Assembly (NCBI GenBank): GCA_043776025.1
Contig: JAYVRT010000091.1
Span: 1 to 32,538, forward strand
Origin: Archangiaceae bacterium
GTDB taxonomy: Bacteria; Myxococcota; Myxococcia; Myxococcales; Myxococcaceae
Length of the DNA stretch: 32,538 nt
Direction of reading: 5' to 3'
Shown one piece after another: positions 1 through 8,931 of the stretch. The notes under the pieces are model-generated. The model searched no databases and was not told where the DNA came from. It saw only the letters and a program-made list of their open reading frames with translations. Both the position numbers and the translations under genes were made by a program. Numbering within the stretch: the stretch's first letter is position 1; the number at the start of each line of letters is the position of its first letter.

Positions 1-465
1 CATCAGCCGCCACGGCGCGTAGTAGGCGAGCGAGTCGGCGTGGGTGCAGATGAACTTCTCGTAGGCGATCGGATACTTCACCTTCGCGTCGGCGAGCCAA
101 CGGTCGAACGCCGCCGGGTGCTTCGGGTCGAGCCGGGCCAGCCCTTCGCGCATCCGCGCCGGGTCGGCCGAGGTGTCGAGGTGGGCGCCGTCCCAGAAGT
201 GAATCCGGGTGTTCGGCTCGAGCTGCTTCAGCTGGACGTAGTCCTGCAGGCGCTTGCCGGCGCGTGCGAAGACCGACTCGAGCACCTGCGGCAGCTGGAG
301 AATCGTCGGGCCGGTGTCCAGCTCGTAGTCCCCCAGTGACAGCCCGCGCATCCGGCCGCCGGGGATCTGCTCCTTCTCCACCACGGTGACGTCGAGGCCG
401 AGCCCGGCGAGGTTGATCGCCGCCGCGAGGCCTCCAGGGCCGGCTCCGATAATCAACACCCTCAT
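1..465 (-). CDS. Phytoene desaturase (CrtI) family flavoprotein. Only the N-terminal 155 codons are present because the gene runs off the left edge. It could be a second CrtI paralogue or a CrtO-type ketolase.
   Basis: Absent from the ORF track because it is open-ended. Minus-strand translation from ATG 465-463 gives MRVLIIGAGPGGLAAAINLAGLGLDVTVVEKEQIPGGRMRGL...LDTGPTILQLPQVLESVF. This has a GxGxxG Rossmann fold and the DxGPT motif, in the same pattern as the CrtI at 6333-7850. ATGA overlap with the carH stop at 462-465. Confidence 0.8.
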   Translation of the reverse strand, partial: MRVLIIGAGPGGLAAAINLAGLGLDVTVVEKEQIPGGRMRGLSLGDYELDTGPTILQLPQVLESVFARAGKRLQDYVQLKQLEPNTRIHFWDGAHLDTSADPARMREGLARLDPKHPAAFDRWLADAKVKYPIAYEKFICTHADSLAYYAPWRLM

Positions 466-1364
466 CGCGGCCCCTTGAGCACCGCGGCCCAGTCCTCAGG
501 CGCCTCGATCAGCTGGTAGCCATGCTTCGCGACGAGCGCCGGGTGCCGGACGATGCCCTGTCCGCCGAGGACGACCCGCGTACCCTCGGGCAGCGCGGCA
601 ACGAGCTGGCCGACGTACTTCGCCGCGCCGTCGCTCTCCACCACCGAGATCGCCACCAGGTCCGGCTTGAGCGCTTGCACCGTCCGGGCGAGGTGCTCGA
701 CCGGCGTCCGGGCGCCGAGGAACGTGACCCGCCAACCGGCGTGCCGGAAACGGAGCGCGGCGCCGAGCAGACCGAGCTCATGCTCTTCGTCCGGAGGACA
801 GGCGCAAATCACGTGGTACTTCGCCCGGCGCGGCGCTCCCGCGAGCAGGGCGATCAACCGCTGCCGCGCCGCCTGGGAGATGAGGTGCTCTTCGGCGACG
901 GAGAGGGTCCCGGAGTGCCAGCGGTCTCCGACTTCGCGCAGCAACGGCGCCAACAGCTGCTCGAAGAACACCAGCGGCGGCGACGAGCCGATTGCCTCGT
1001 CAAGCGTGGCCTCGATGCGCGGCTGGTCGAGCTTCTCCGCGGCGAGGAGGATCTCGTCGCGCCAGGCCTGCATCTGCGTCCCCCGCGGGACCTTGAGCAT
1101 CGCTGGCGCCGCGTGTGCCGCTTCCTTCACTTCGCGGCGAATCGACGGCAGCAGCTTCACTGCCTGGGCGATCGCCACCCCTTCCTCGGTGAGCTTCTTG
1201 AGCCGCTTGAGCACCTCGATGTCGGCGTCGCTGTAGGTGCGGTAGCCGCCGGGCGTTCGCTGTGGCTGGAGCACGCCGTAGCGGCGCTCCCAGGCACGAA
1301 TCAGCGGTTCCTTCACGCCCGAGACCTGGGCGGCGACCTGAATCCGATACGAGCGCCCGGTCAC
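462..1364 (-). CDS. carH: MerR-family, B12-binding light-responsive transcriptional repressor (CarH/LitR type)
   Basis: N-terminal MerR HTH (YRIQVAAQVSGVKEPLIRAWERRYG). C-terminal cobalamin-binding module carrying W-x9-E-H (WHSGTLSVAEEH, nt 885-920) and E-x-H-x-x-G (EEHELG, nt 771-788). Start set at GTG 1364, which forms a GTGA overlap with the upstream stop. The ORF-track ATG at 1388 would overlap the upstream gene by 28 nt. Confidence 0.85.
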   Translation of the reverse strand: MTGRSYRIQVAAQVSGVKEPLIRAWERRYGVLQPQRTPGGYRTYSDADIEVLKRLKKLTEEGVAIAQAVKLLPSIRREVKEAAHAAPAMLKVPRGTQMQAWRDEILLAAEKLDQPRIEATLDEAIGSSPPLVFFEQLLAPLLREVGDRWHSGTLSVAEEHLISQAARQRLIALLAGAPRRAKYHVICACPPDEEHELGLLGAALRFRHAGWRVTFLGARTPVEHLARTVQALKPDLVAISVVESDGAAKYVGQLVAALPEGTRVVLGGQGIVRHPALVAKHGYQLIEAPEDWAAVLKGPR

Positions 1365-2035
1365 GCCAGCCCCCGCGCGGCATCCCACCGTTGGGCCACC
1401 GAGCGCCGCCCGCGGACCAGTGGCCGCAGCCCCTCGACGCCGTCGATCGCCTGCAGGCTCGCCACCAGCCCGCTCAGGCGCGACTGCATCTGCGCCAACA
1501 GCTCGGGCGGGTGCGGCTCGCCGACGCGAATCAAGACGTCGGGGTACTCGTGCTCGAAGAAGGCGCAGCGAAACGCGATCGGAACACAGCGCACGTTCGA
1601 CATCCGCGCGAGCACCTCGACTCCCCGCTCGAACCGCAGCGGCGCGGGCGGGTTGGCTTCGATTCGCCCCTGGGGAAAGAGAAAGACGGCGGCCTTCGGT
1701 CGCTGCAGCACGCGGCGGGCATAGCGCAGTGTCTGGAGCGCCGACTGCGAATCCTTGCGGCGAATCGACATCGCCCCGAGGCGGGTGAAGAAGCGGTAGC
1801 GGCGCAGGTTCTGCTCCTCCATCACCACGTACCCGTCACGATCGGCGTGGCGGACGAGCTGGTGGGCGACGAAGCCGTCCCAGAAGCTGGAGTGGTTGGC
1901 GTAGCAGAGCAGGCCGTCGTTGCCGTCGGGCAGCGCACCGTCCAGCCAGATTCCGCGGAAGGCGCGGCGCAGCTTCCACTCGACGTATTGGCCCAGCGCC
2001 CAGGTGAGCAACGGCTGCTTCGCATCGACGATCAC
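1361..2035 (-). CDS. PlsC-family (lysophospholipid-type) acyltransferase, candidate carotenoid-glycoside acyltransferase (CruD-like)
   Basis: The 224-aa product has the H-x4-D acyltransferase motif (NHSSFWD) and FPQGR, typical of the PlsC/LPLAT family. Start GTG 2035 forms a GTGA overlap with the glycosyltransferase stop. The 490-aa ORF-track version has an Arg/Gly/Ala-rich N-terminus lying inside the upstream gene. The carotenoid role is assigned from context only. Confidence 0.75.
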   Translation of the reverse strand: MIVDAKQPLLTWALGQYVEWKLRRAFRGIWLDGALPDGNDGLLCYANHSSFWDGFVAHQLVRHADRDGYVVMEEQNLRRYRFFTRLGAMSIRRKDSQSALQTLRYARRVLQRPKAAVFLFPQGRIEANPPAPLRFERGVEVLARMSNVRCVPIAFRCAFFEHEYPDVLIRVGEPHPPELLAQMQSRLSGLVASLQAIDGVEGLRPLVRGRRSVAQRWDAARGLA

Positions 2036-3069
2036 TGCGCCACCCCTGGCCCACTCAAGCGCCCCTGCAAGCCCACTTCCATCACCCTGCCCCGCCAGGT
2101 GACCCGAGAGCCGAGCACCAGCGCCTGGACCCAGCAAGCCAGAAGCAACAGCTCGGCGGCGAACCAGCCGAAGAAGAGCCCCGCCCGGCGTTCGAGCACC
2201 GCCGCGAGCACGCCGCGGGCGGCGATCAACGCCAGCACTCCGGCGATCGCCGGCGCCGAGCCCTCGAGCACCGCGCCGGCAAGTAGCACCGGGGTGCAGG
2301 CGAAGAGCAGCGGAATCGTCGGGAACAGCAGCGGGCGGTGCGCCCTCAACACCTGCATCCACCGGGTGAAGCGTGCCGCAGCGACCCGCCATGACGCCGC
2401 GGGCCCGGGCATCACCGCCTGACCGGCGAACACCACCGGCAGCTGCTGCGCGTGCAGCGCCTTCGCCAGCTCGAGGTCTTCCCCCAGGCAGTCGGGCAAA
2501 CCCCGCAGCACCGCGAGCGCGCGCGGGCTGAGCGCGATCGCCTTCCCGCACACCGGCTTCGCTCCTCCGCCCAGCGCATCGAGGACCGCGAAGCTGTGCA
2601 GCGACTGCACCAGCAGGCCCCGCACCACGCCCTGGGCCGCCGGTCGCGGCGCCGCCCAGGCGAGCTCGGCGCCTGCCTCGAGCGCGCCCAGCAGCGAATC
2701 GACCAGCGCGTCGTCGACCCGGACGTCGGCGTCCACCACCAGCACCGGGCGGCCGCCGGTCTCCACGGTTGCCAGTGCGTACTGCAGGTGCCCCAGCTTG
2801 CGATTGTGACCGAGCGGATCCGAAGGCAGCCAACCGAGTCCGGCGGCGAGGCGGGGCCGGAACGGCGAGAGGACGATCGACTCCACGCCGCCAACCGGAG
2901 CGGCGAGGTTCTCCAGCTCTTCTTCCGTCGGCGCATCCACCGGGCGGAGCATCAGCGCGGCGCGGGTGCGTGGCGCCGGCCGCGCCGCCGGGCGCCGCAG
3001 CAGGCGCTGCAGCGCGACGAGCGTGAACAGGCCGGCGAGGGCCAACCAGGATCCAAGCAGGGCGCTCAT
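2032..3069 (-). CDS. Membrane GT2/GT21-type glycosyltransferase, candidate carotenoid 1'-OH glycosyltransferase (CruC-like)
   Basis: The 345-aa product has an N-terminal TM helix (MSALLGSWLALAGLFTLVAL), a DxD-type motif (VVDADV), GEDLEL and an RFTRW (QxxRW-like) motif, plus C-terminal TM helices. It resembles ceramide-glucosyltransferase-like GT2 enzymes. Start ATG 3069 forms an ATGA overlap with the crtC stop. Confidence 0.75.
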   Translation of the reverse strand: MSALLGSWLALAGLFTLVALQRLLRRPAARPAPRTRAALMLRPVDAPTEEELENLAAPVGGVESIVLSPFRPRLAAGLGWLPSDPLGHNRKLGHLQYALATVETGGRPVLVVDADVRVDDALVDSLLGALEAGAELAWAAPRPAAQGVVRGLLVQSLHSFAVLDALGGGAKPVCGKAIALSPRALAVLRGLPDCLGEDLELAKALHAQQLPVVFAGQAVMPGPAASWRVAAARFTRWMQVLRAHRPLLFPTIPLLFACTPVLLAGAVLEGSAPAIAGVLALIAARGVLAAVLERRAGLFFGWFAAELLLLACWVQALVLGSRVTWRGRVMEVGLQGRLSGPGVAQ

Positions 3070-3992
3070 GAGGCGTGCTCCTCGGGGCTGGCGACGCGGG
3101 TGCGAAGGCCCGCCATCCAGCGGACCCACGGCGAGTGGAATCGCCGGAAGTCGGCCACCTCGGCCAGGCTGTGGCGCCCGTCCGCCGCGGACTCGAGCCT
3201 CGCGTAGAACGGAGACGACTCGAGCAGCACCGGCGCTTGCTCCGCGGCGAGGCGGCTGGGCACCCTCAGGCCCCACACCGTCCGCGTCGAGGGGGCGGGC
3301 GACGGCGCGGACTGCGAAACTTCGATCGCCCGCGCGTCGACGCGCACCTGCCACGCCCGGCGTTGCTCCACCGGTTCCGGGTGCCATGGCCGGTAGGTGA
3401 TGGTGGTGGCGTCCTGGGCGTGGGTGCGCACCCAATCCCATCCGCGCAGGTCGCTGCCCAGTGGGACCTGGCCGTGGTTCCCGTCGTGGTAGCCGCGGCC
3501 CTCGAGCTTGAGCCCGTGGCGAGGGAGCTCGAGCTTCGCGTGGGCGCGCGGAGCGATCGGCCGCCACCAGTGCTCCATGCCCTCGACGAGGCGAAGCGGC
3601 GAGTGCCCGGGGCCCTCGGGCGTCAGCTCGACCCGCACCTCGGCGGGCTTGCCCCACAGCGGCGTCTTGTCGACGAGCTCGACGAGGAGGCGGCCGTCGC
3701 GGGTGTAGGTCATCGAGGAGCCGCCGATGCGCAGGCTGCGGCCAGCGTCGTTGAGCTCCACCTTTTGGTACTCGGAGAGCACCCACTGCCAGCGCGTCCC
3801 TTTCTCGTAAAGCGCGAAGTTGACCGCGGCGTGCTCCTGCGGCTCGCCCCCGCGCCGGTGGGCGCTCGAGTAGCGGGGCGAGAAGATCGACCCGACCATG
3901 AAGATGACGACCGCGGTGAAGTCTCCCGCGCTCAGGTCGAGGTAATACCAACGGTACGAGCCAGGCCCGCTCGGCAGCTCGAAGCGGTTCAC
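3066..3992 (-). CDS. crtC: Carotenoid 1,2-hydratase (hydroxyneurosporene synthase)
   Basis: The 308-aa product has CrtC-family features: YRWYYLD near the N-terminus, GRGYHDGNHG, and WDWVR. It sits directly downstream of crtD as in other crt clusters. GTG start at 3992 overlaps the crtD stop (GTGA). Confidence 0.8.
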   Translation of the reverse strand: MNRFELPSGPGSYRWYYLDLSAGDFTAVVIFMVGSIFSPRYSSAHRRGGEPQEHAAVNFALYEKGTRWQWVLSEYQKVELNDAGRSLRIGGSSMTYTRDGRLLVELVDKTPLWGKPAEVRVELTPEGPGHSPLRLVEGMEHWWRPIAPRAHAKLELPRHGLKLEGRGYHDGNHGQVPLGSDLRGWDWVRTHAQDATTITYRPWHPEPVEQRRAWQVRVDARAIEVSQSAPSPAPSTRTVWGLRVPSRLAAEQAPVLLESSPFYARLESAADGRHSLAEVADFRRFHSPWVRWMAGLRTRVASPEEHAS

Positions 3993-5428
3993 GCGGCCCC
4001 GCCGACGTGCGCGAGCGCGAGCTCGGCGGCGAAGCGGCCCGACAACATCACCAGGGGAACTCCGCCGCCCGGGTGGGTTCCGCCACCTGCGTAGAAGACG
4101 CCCGGGGTCGCGGTGCGAATCCGGGGCCGGCGGAAGGGCCCGAGGCGCCCGTGGGGGAGAAAGCCGTAGATCGAGCCTCCCGGTGCGCCGCGGGCGAGCA
4201 GGTCGACCGGGGTGCGCTCGCCGAGGACGGTGATGTCGCCGCCGCGAATCTCGGGCGCGACCCGACGGAGCACTGCGAGGCAGCGCTCGCGCAGCACCGC
4301 CGCGTGCATGTCCCAGGCGCCCGGCTCCGGGGCCTGGGCGAGCGCGGGCGCGTTCACCATCGCGAACACGCCGCTCTTGCCCAAGGGAGCCATCGTCGGA
4401 TCGCTCGCGGCCGGGTGACAGAAGTAGACGGTCGGGTCCGTCGGCACCGCGCCGCCGAACAGCTGCGAGAACTCTCGCGGGTAGTCGTCGCCGAAGGCCA
4501 CCGTATGGTGCGGCAGCTTCAGCCGCCGGCTGACCTCGAGCAGCAGCACGTAGCCCGACAGCGCCAGCGGCCCCGTGCCCGCGGGCCGGCTGGCGAGCGG
4601 ATCGGCGTTGACCACCACCGCGTCGAAGGGCTGCTCGTCGAAGGGACGGCCGGCGAACAGGCGTCCTCCCCGGGGATTCCAGCCCGCCTTGACGCCGAGC
4701 TGGATGTCGACACCCAACCTCGCCAGCGCGGTGCCGAGCGCCGCCACCAGCGCCACCATTCCCCCCTCGACGTGGTGAACGCCGAACTCGCGCTCGATGT
4801 GAGGAATCAAGGCGAACGCGGCGCTGGCCTGGTACGGCGAGGCGCCGGCGTAGGTCGCGAAGCGCCCGACGAACTGGTGCATGTGCGAGGTGCGAAAGTG
4901 CTTCTTCGCCAGGCTGTCGAGGGTGGAGAGGGTCAGCCCGCTCAGCATCGACTTGAGCCCCCGCCGCGCCACCCGGGCGAGGAAGCCCGGCAGTCCGTCG
5001 AACTCGGCCTCGAGGTAGGGCTCACCGGCCGCGCGGTGAATCGCCGCGGCCTCGCGATAGAAAGACCGAATCCCCTTTGCCTCCGACGAACGGATCCCGT
5101 CGGCCGACTCCACCGTGGCCTCGAGCTCGGCGTGGCAGTCGAAGGTGCAGCCGTCGGCCCACTGGTAGCGGGCCTGGTGCGGCAGGGAGATGAAGCGCGG
5201 CAGCAGGTCGAACGCGCCCATCCGCGCGAAGGTCCCCCGCACCACGTCCGGCATCGTGAGCAGCGTCGGGCCGGTGTCGAGGGTGACGCCGTGGGCCGAG
5301 ACCACCTGCGCCTTGCCGCCGAGCGTGGGCGACTGCTCGAACAAGGTCACCCGGTGGCCCGCGTGGGCCAGCTCTCCGGCGGCGGTCATTCCGCCGATGC
5401 CTGCTCCAATGACGGCGATCCGGCTCAT
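3989..5428 (-). CDS. crtD: CrtI-family carotenoid 3,4-desaturase (hydroxyneurosporene/methoxyneurosporene dehydrogenase type)
   Basis: The 479-aa product begins MSRIAVIGAGIGGMTAAGELAHAGHRVTLFEQSPTLGGK (Rossmann fold). It contains LDTGPT, FATYAGASP and a C-terminal GGGTHPGGGVP motif. Family membership is secure. The CrtD subtype is inferred from its position between crtB and crtC. Start ATG 5428 forms an ATGA overlap. Confidence 0.75.
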   Translation of the reverse strand: MSRIAVIGAGIGGMTAAGELAHAGHRVTLFEQSPTLGGKAQVVSAHGVTLDTGPTLLTMPDVVRGTFARMGAFDLLPRFISLPHQARYQWADGCTFDCHAELEATVESADGIRSSEAKGIRSFYREAAAIHRAAGEPYLEAEFDGLPGFLARVARRGLKSMLSGLTLSTLDSLAKKHFRTSHMHQFVGRFATYAGASPYQASAAFALIPHIEREFGVHHVEGGMVALVAALGTALARLGVDIQLGVKAGWNPRGGRLFAGRPFDEQPFDAVVVNADPLASRPAGTGPLALSGYVLLLEVSRRLKLPHHTVAFGDDYPREFSQLFGGAVPTDPTVYFCHPAASDPTMAPLGKSGVFAMVNAPALAQAPEPGAWDMHAAVLRERCLAVLRRVAPEIRGGDITVLGERTPVDLLARGAPGGSIYGFLPHGRLGPFRRPRIRTATPGVFYAGGGTHPGGGVPLVMLSGRFAAELALAHVGGAA

Positions 5429-6336
5429 AGTGCCTCCGCGGTGAGGCGCGCCTGCGCCGGGTTCGGGGTGGCCAGCACCTGCGCCAGCCGCCACAGCTTT
5501 CGCGGGGTCGACAGGCGGGCGCGGGAGGAGAAGACGTCGAAGCCGCGCTCCTCGATGACGTCGAGGATTCCACCGTAGATTCCGCCCATCAGCCGGACGG
5601 CGCGCTGGGCACCGAAGCCGTGCAGGTAGGGCACGCCCTGCTGCGCCGACGCGTAGAGGGTGCGGGCGCGCGACACCTGCAGCGCCAGGAACCCTCGCAT
5701 CCCCTCGTCGAGCACCCCGCGCTCGAGGTCGCCCTCGGTCATGCCGTGCGCGGAGAGCTCGTCCTGCGGCAGGTAGACGCGGCCCCGGCCGAGGTCCTCC
5801 TTCACGTCGCGCAAGATGTTGGTCAGCTGCATCGCGCGGCCGAGGTCGGCGGCGTGCGCCAGCGCCACCGGGTGCGTGGTGCCCAGCAGCGGCGCCATCA
5901 TCAGGCCCACGGTGCCCGCGACGCGGTAGCAGTAGAGATCGAGCTCCGCCCAGTTGGCGAAGCGCAGGGGCTGCAGGTCCATCTGCATCCCGTCGATGAG
6001 GTCGAGGAATGGCTGCTGGCGGATTCCGAACCGCTCGACGGTGTCGAGGAAGGCGTGCAGCTCGGGCTCGGGCCAGGGGTGAACCGGCCGCACCACTCCG
6101 CGGATGAACAGCGAGTGCACCAGCCCGCGCGCTTCGTCGAGCAGGCCGGGGAGCGCGGCGGCGTCGGTGCCCGGCTGGTCGACGAGGTCGTCGAGGCGGC
6201 GGCAGAAGGCGTAGAGGGCGAAGGCACCGCGCCGGCGGGCCCCGAAGAGCGCCACCGAGGAGAAGTAAAAGCTCTTCGCGTGGTGACGGGTGACGTCGCG
6301 GGCGGAGAGGTACCCGGCCTGGAGTGGGGCGATCAC
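5425..6336 (-). CDS. crtB: Phytoene synthase
   Basis: The 303-aa product carries squalene/phytoene synthase signatures: HHAKSFYFSS, YAFCRRLDDLVD (first Asp-rich motif), YCYRVAGTVG and NILRDVKEDL (second Asp-rich region). Start GTG 6336 forms a GTGA overlap with the crtI stop. Confidence 0.9.
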   Translation of the reverse strand: MIAPLQAGYLSARDVTRHHAKSFYFSSVALFGARRRGAFALYAFCRRLDDLVDQPGTDAAALPGLLDEARGLVHSLFIRGVVRPVHPWPEPELHAFLDTVERFGIRQQPFLDLIDGMQMDLQPLRFANWAELDLYCYRVAGTVGLMMAPLLGTTHPVALAHAADLGRAMQLTNILRDVKEDLGRGRVYLPQDELSAHGMTEGDLERGVLDEGMRGFLALQVSRARTLYASAQQGVPYLHGFGAQRAVRLMGGIYGGILDVIEERGFDVFSSRARLSTPRKLWRLAQVLATPNPAQARLTAEAL

Positions 6337-7850
6337 GCGAGCACCTCCTCGCGCCGCGGCGCCCGTGCCCGCTCCGGCGCCTGCTGGAGAATCGCGTCGA
6401 CGGCGAAGCCCGCGCTCAGCATCACCGTCGGCACCCCGGTGCCCGGCTGCACCGAGGCGCCGCACCAGAAGAGGTTCTTCACGTCGGGGTCGGTGACCTG
6501 CGGCCGGAAGGGGCCGATCTGCCAGAAGTTCTGCGCGAGGCCGAAGTTGGCGCCGCGGGCGAGGTTGAGCCCCGTCTCCCAGTCGTCGGGGGTGATCATC
6601 CGCTCGGCTTCGATCAACGGCTCGAGGTCGCCGTAGCCTTCATGCTTCAGGCGGGCGAGCACCTGGGCGCGGACGCGCGGGCCCTCGACGCTCCAGTCAA
6701 TCTTCCCGTCGCGGTTGGGCACCGGCACCAACACGTAGAGCGCGTCCTTCCCTGCTGGCGCGAACGAGGCGTCGGTGTGGGCCGGGGCGTTGACGTAGAA
6801 GCTGACGTCGGAGGGCACCTGCTTGCGCTCGAAGATGTCCTCGAAGCTCGCTTCGAAGTCGCGGCCGAAGAAGACGTTGTGGTGCAGCAGCGGCGCGACC
6901 TTCTGCTTCAGCCCCAGGTAGAGCATCAGCCCCGAAGAGGTGAAGCGCTTCTTGTCCACCTTCGCCGCGCGGCGGGCGGCGAGCGGCTCGGGCAGCAGCT
7001 GCTTCACCCCGTAGGCGTAGTCGGCGTTGGAGAGCACCACCTCGGCGCTGCGCACCTGGCCGTCCTCGAGCTGGATGCCGGTGGCCGCCCCCTGCTCGAC
7101 CCGCACCTGGCGGACGCTCTGGCCGTAGTGCAAGGCCACGCCCTCTTCGCGGCAGACCTGCTCCAGCGCGAGCGCGACCGCGTGGAGGCCGCCCTTGGGG
7201 AACCAGATGCCGTGGGTCGCTTCGGTGTACGGCAGCAGGGAGAAGACGGCCGGCGCCTCCCACGGGGAAATGCCGAGGTACATCGTCTGGAAGCTCAGCG
7301 CCTGCAGCAGCCGCGGGTCCTTGAAGTAGCCCTGCACGTGCTTCGACAGCTTCTTCAACGCGCCGACGCGGAGAATCTCAGGGAGGTTGGCCGGGGTGAG
7401 GAAGGCGCTGAGCGAGTCGAAGTGCCGGGTGACGAACCGCTCGAAGGCGGTGTCGTGCTGGGTGCGGCCGCGGGCGAGGAACTGCTGGTACCGCGCGTAG
7501 CTGCCCGGCTCGATCTTCTCGAGCTCGGCGCGCATCTGCGCCGGGTCGCTCCACAGAGTGAACCGGGACCCGTCGCGGTAGTGGACCCGGTAGTGGGGGT
7601 CGCACCGCTGCAGCTCGAGGTAGTCACCGAGGCGGCGGCCCACCGAGGCGAACGTCTGCTCGAGCACGTGCGGCATCAGCAGAATCGTCGGCCCGAGGTC
7701 GAAGCGAAACCCGTCGAACTCGAGCCGCCCGCACCGGCCGCCGGGGCCGGGCTGCTTCTCGTACAGCTCGACCTCGAGTCCCGCGTGGGCGAGCTTCATC
7801 GCCGCGGTCAGGCCGCCGATTCCGGCGCCGACGACGGTCGCCCGGCTCAT
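6333..7850 (-). CDS. crtI: Phytoene desaturase
   Basis: The 505-aa product begins MSRATVVGAGIGGLTAAMKLAHAGLEVELYEKQPGPGGR. It contains DLGPTILLMP and a C-terminal WCGASVQPGTGVPTV motif. Start ATG 7850 forms an ATGA overlap with the crtE stop. The 1027-aa ORF-track form is an artefact. Confidence 0.9.
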   Translation of the reverse strand: MSRATVVGAGIGGLTAAMKLAHAGLEVELYEKQPGPGGRCGRLEFDGFRFDLGPTILLMPHVLEQTFASVGRRLGDYLELQRCDPHYRVHYRDGSRFTLWSDPAQMRAELEKIEPGSYARYQQFLARGRTQHDTAFERFVTRHFDSLSAFLTPANLPEILRVGALKKLSKHVQGYFKDPRLLQALSFQTMYLGISPWEAPAVFSLLPYTEATHGIWFPKGGLHAVALALEQVCREEGVALHYGQSVRQVRVEQGAATGIQLEDGQVRSAEVVLSNADYAYGVKQLLPEPLAARRAAKVDKKRFTSSGLMLYLGLKQKVAPLLHHNVFFGRDFEASFEDIFERKQVPSDVSFYVNAPAHTDASFAPAGKDALYVLVPVPNRDGKIDWSVEGPRVRAQVLARLKHEGYGDLEPLIEAERMITPDDWETGLNLARGANFGLAQNFWQIGPFRPQVTDPDVKNLFWCGASVQPGTGVPTVMLSAGFAVDAILQQAPERARAPRREEVLA

Positions 7851-8905
7851 GCGGCCCTCTGGGTGAAGCCGCTGAGCAGCGCGTCGAGGAAGCCGGCGGC
7901 AGGTGAGCTGCCGAGCGCCTCGAGCGCCCGCCGCGCGGCGCGGGTGCGGACCTCGATCACCCGCTGCGTCGACCGGATTCCGCCCCATCGGGCGACGGCC
8001 GCGCGCGCCGGCTCCAGCCGGTCGGGGGTCGGCTCCTCCCACAGCGCCTCCAGCTGGGCGCGGCCGTCGGCGTCGGCCCGGGTCCAGGCGGCAATCACCG
8101 GGAAGGTGCGCTTGCCCTCGAGGTAGTCGGCGCCCCCGGCCTTCCCCGCCACCGCGTCGTCGCCGCACAGGCCGATCAAGTCGTCGCGCAGTTGGTAGGC
8201 GAGGCCGGCGTGGCGCCCGACGCGCCGGAGCAGCTCGAGCAGCGGGCGGTCGGCGCCGCCGAGCATCGCGCCACAGGCCAGCGGAGCGACGAAGCCGTAC
8301 CGCGCCGTCTTCAGGTCGGCGACCTTGAGCGTCCGGAAGAGCGTGACCTCTGCCAGCGGCGCGCGGGTGAGCACCAGGTCGAGGTGCTGCCCAGCGGCGG
8401 TGTGGCGGCAGACCTCGAGCATGTAGCGCGCGGCGGCGGAGGCGTGGTGCGCGGGCGAGGCGAACATCGCCTCCATCGCGCGGGCGTAGAGGTGATCTCC
8501 CGCGACCACCGCCAGGTCCTCTCCGAGCCGCCCCGGCCCGAGCAGCCGGTGCAGCGCGGGTCCGCCCCGGCGCGACGCGGCCCGGTCGGCGACGTCGTCG
8601 TGGATCAGCATGAAGGTATGGAGCAGCTCGAGGCCGGCGCCGAACTGCACCACCTGGGTCGGCACGGCCCGCCAATCGGCCTGCCCCCGGGCGAGCATCC
8701 AACCCACCGCCAACAGCGTAGGCCGCACCCGCTTCGCCGGCCGCAGCGCGTACTCCCGCACCACCTGGCGCGACTGCTGCCAGAGCGGATCGAGCCCGTT
8801 CTCGTCGGCCGCGTCGACCCACGCCTCGAGTCGCTGCTCGAGGTCGACCTGGAAGCGGGCCAGCGCCTCGAGGCCTGCGCTCTGAAGGGGTGCGATTTGT
8901 GTCAT
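7847..8905 (-). CDS. crtE: Polyprenyl (geranylgeranyl) diphosphate synthase
   Basis: The 352-aa product has a first Asp-rich motif (LIHDDVAD) and a second (QLRDDLIG). It is the first gene of the crt operon. An SD-like GGAG lies 6 nt upstream of ATG 8905. Confidence 0.85.
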   Translation of the reverse strand: MTQIAPLQSAGLEALARFQVDLEQRLEAWVDAADENGLDPLWQQSRQVVREYALRPAKRVRPTLLAVGWMLARGQADWRAVPTQVVQFGAGLELLHTFMLIHDDVADRAASRRGGPALHRLLGPGRLGEDLAVVAGDHLYARAMEAMFASPAHHASAAARYMLEVCRHTAAGQHLDLVLTRAPLAEVTLFRTLKVADLKTARYGFVAPLACGAMLGGADRPLLELLRRVGRHAGLAYQLRDDLIGLCGDDAVAGKAGGADYLEGKRTFPVIAAWTRADADGRAQLEALWEEPTPDRLEPARAAVARWGGIRSTQRVIEVRTRAARRALEALGSSPAAGFLDALLSGFTQRAA

Positions 8906-8931
8906 AGGGAGCTCCGGGTCCGCGCGAATCG

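Noticed and set aside
1361-3951. Long forms of the acyltransferase (490 aa, 1361-2833) and glycosyltransferase (639 aa, 2032-3951) ORFs.
   Set aside because: The N-terminal extensions overlap the upstream genes in other frames and are low-complexity. The recognisable domains begin immediately after the GTG 2035 and ATG 3069 starts, which overlap the upstream stops.
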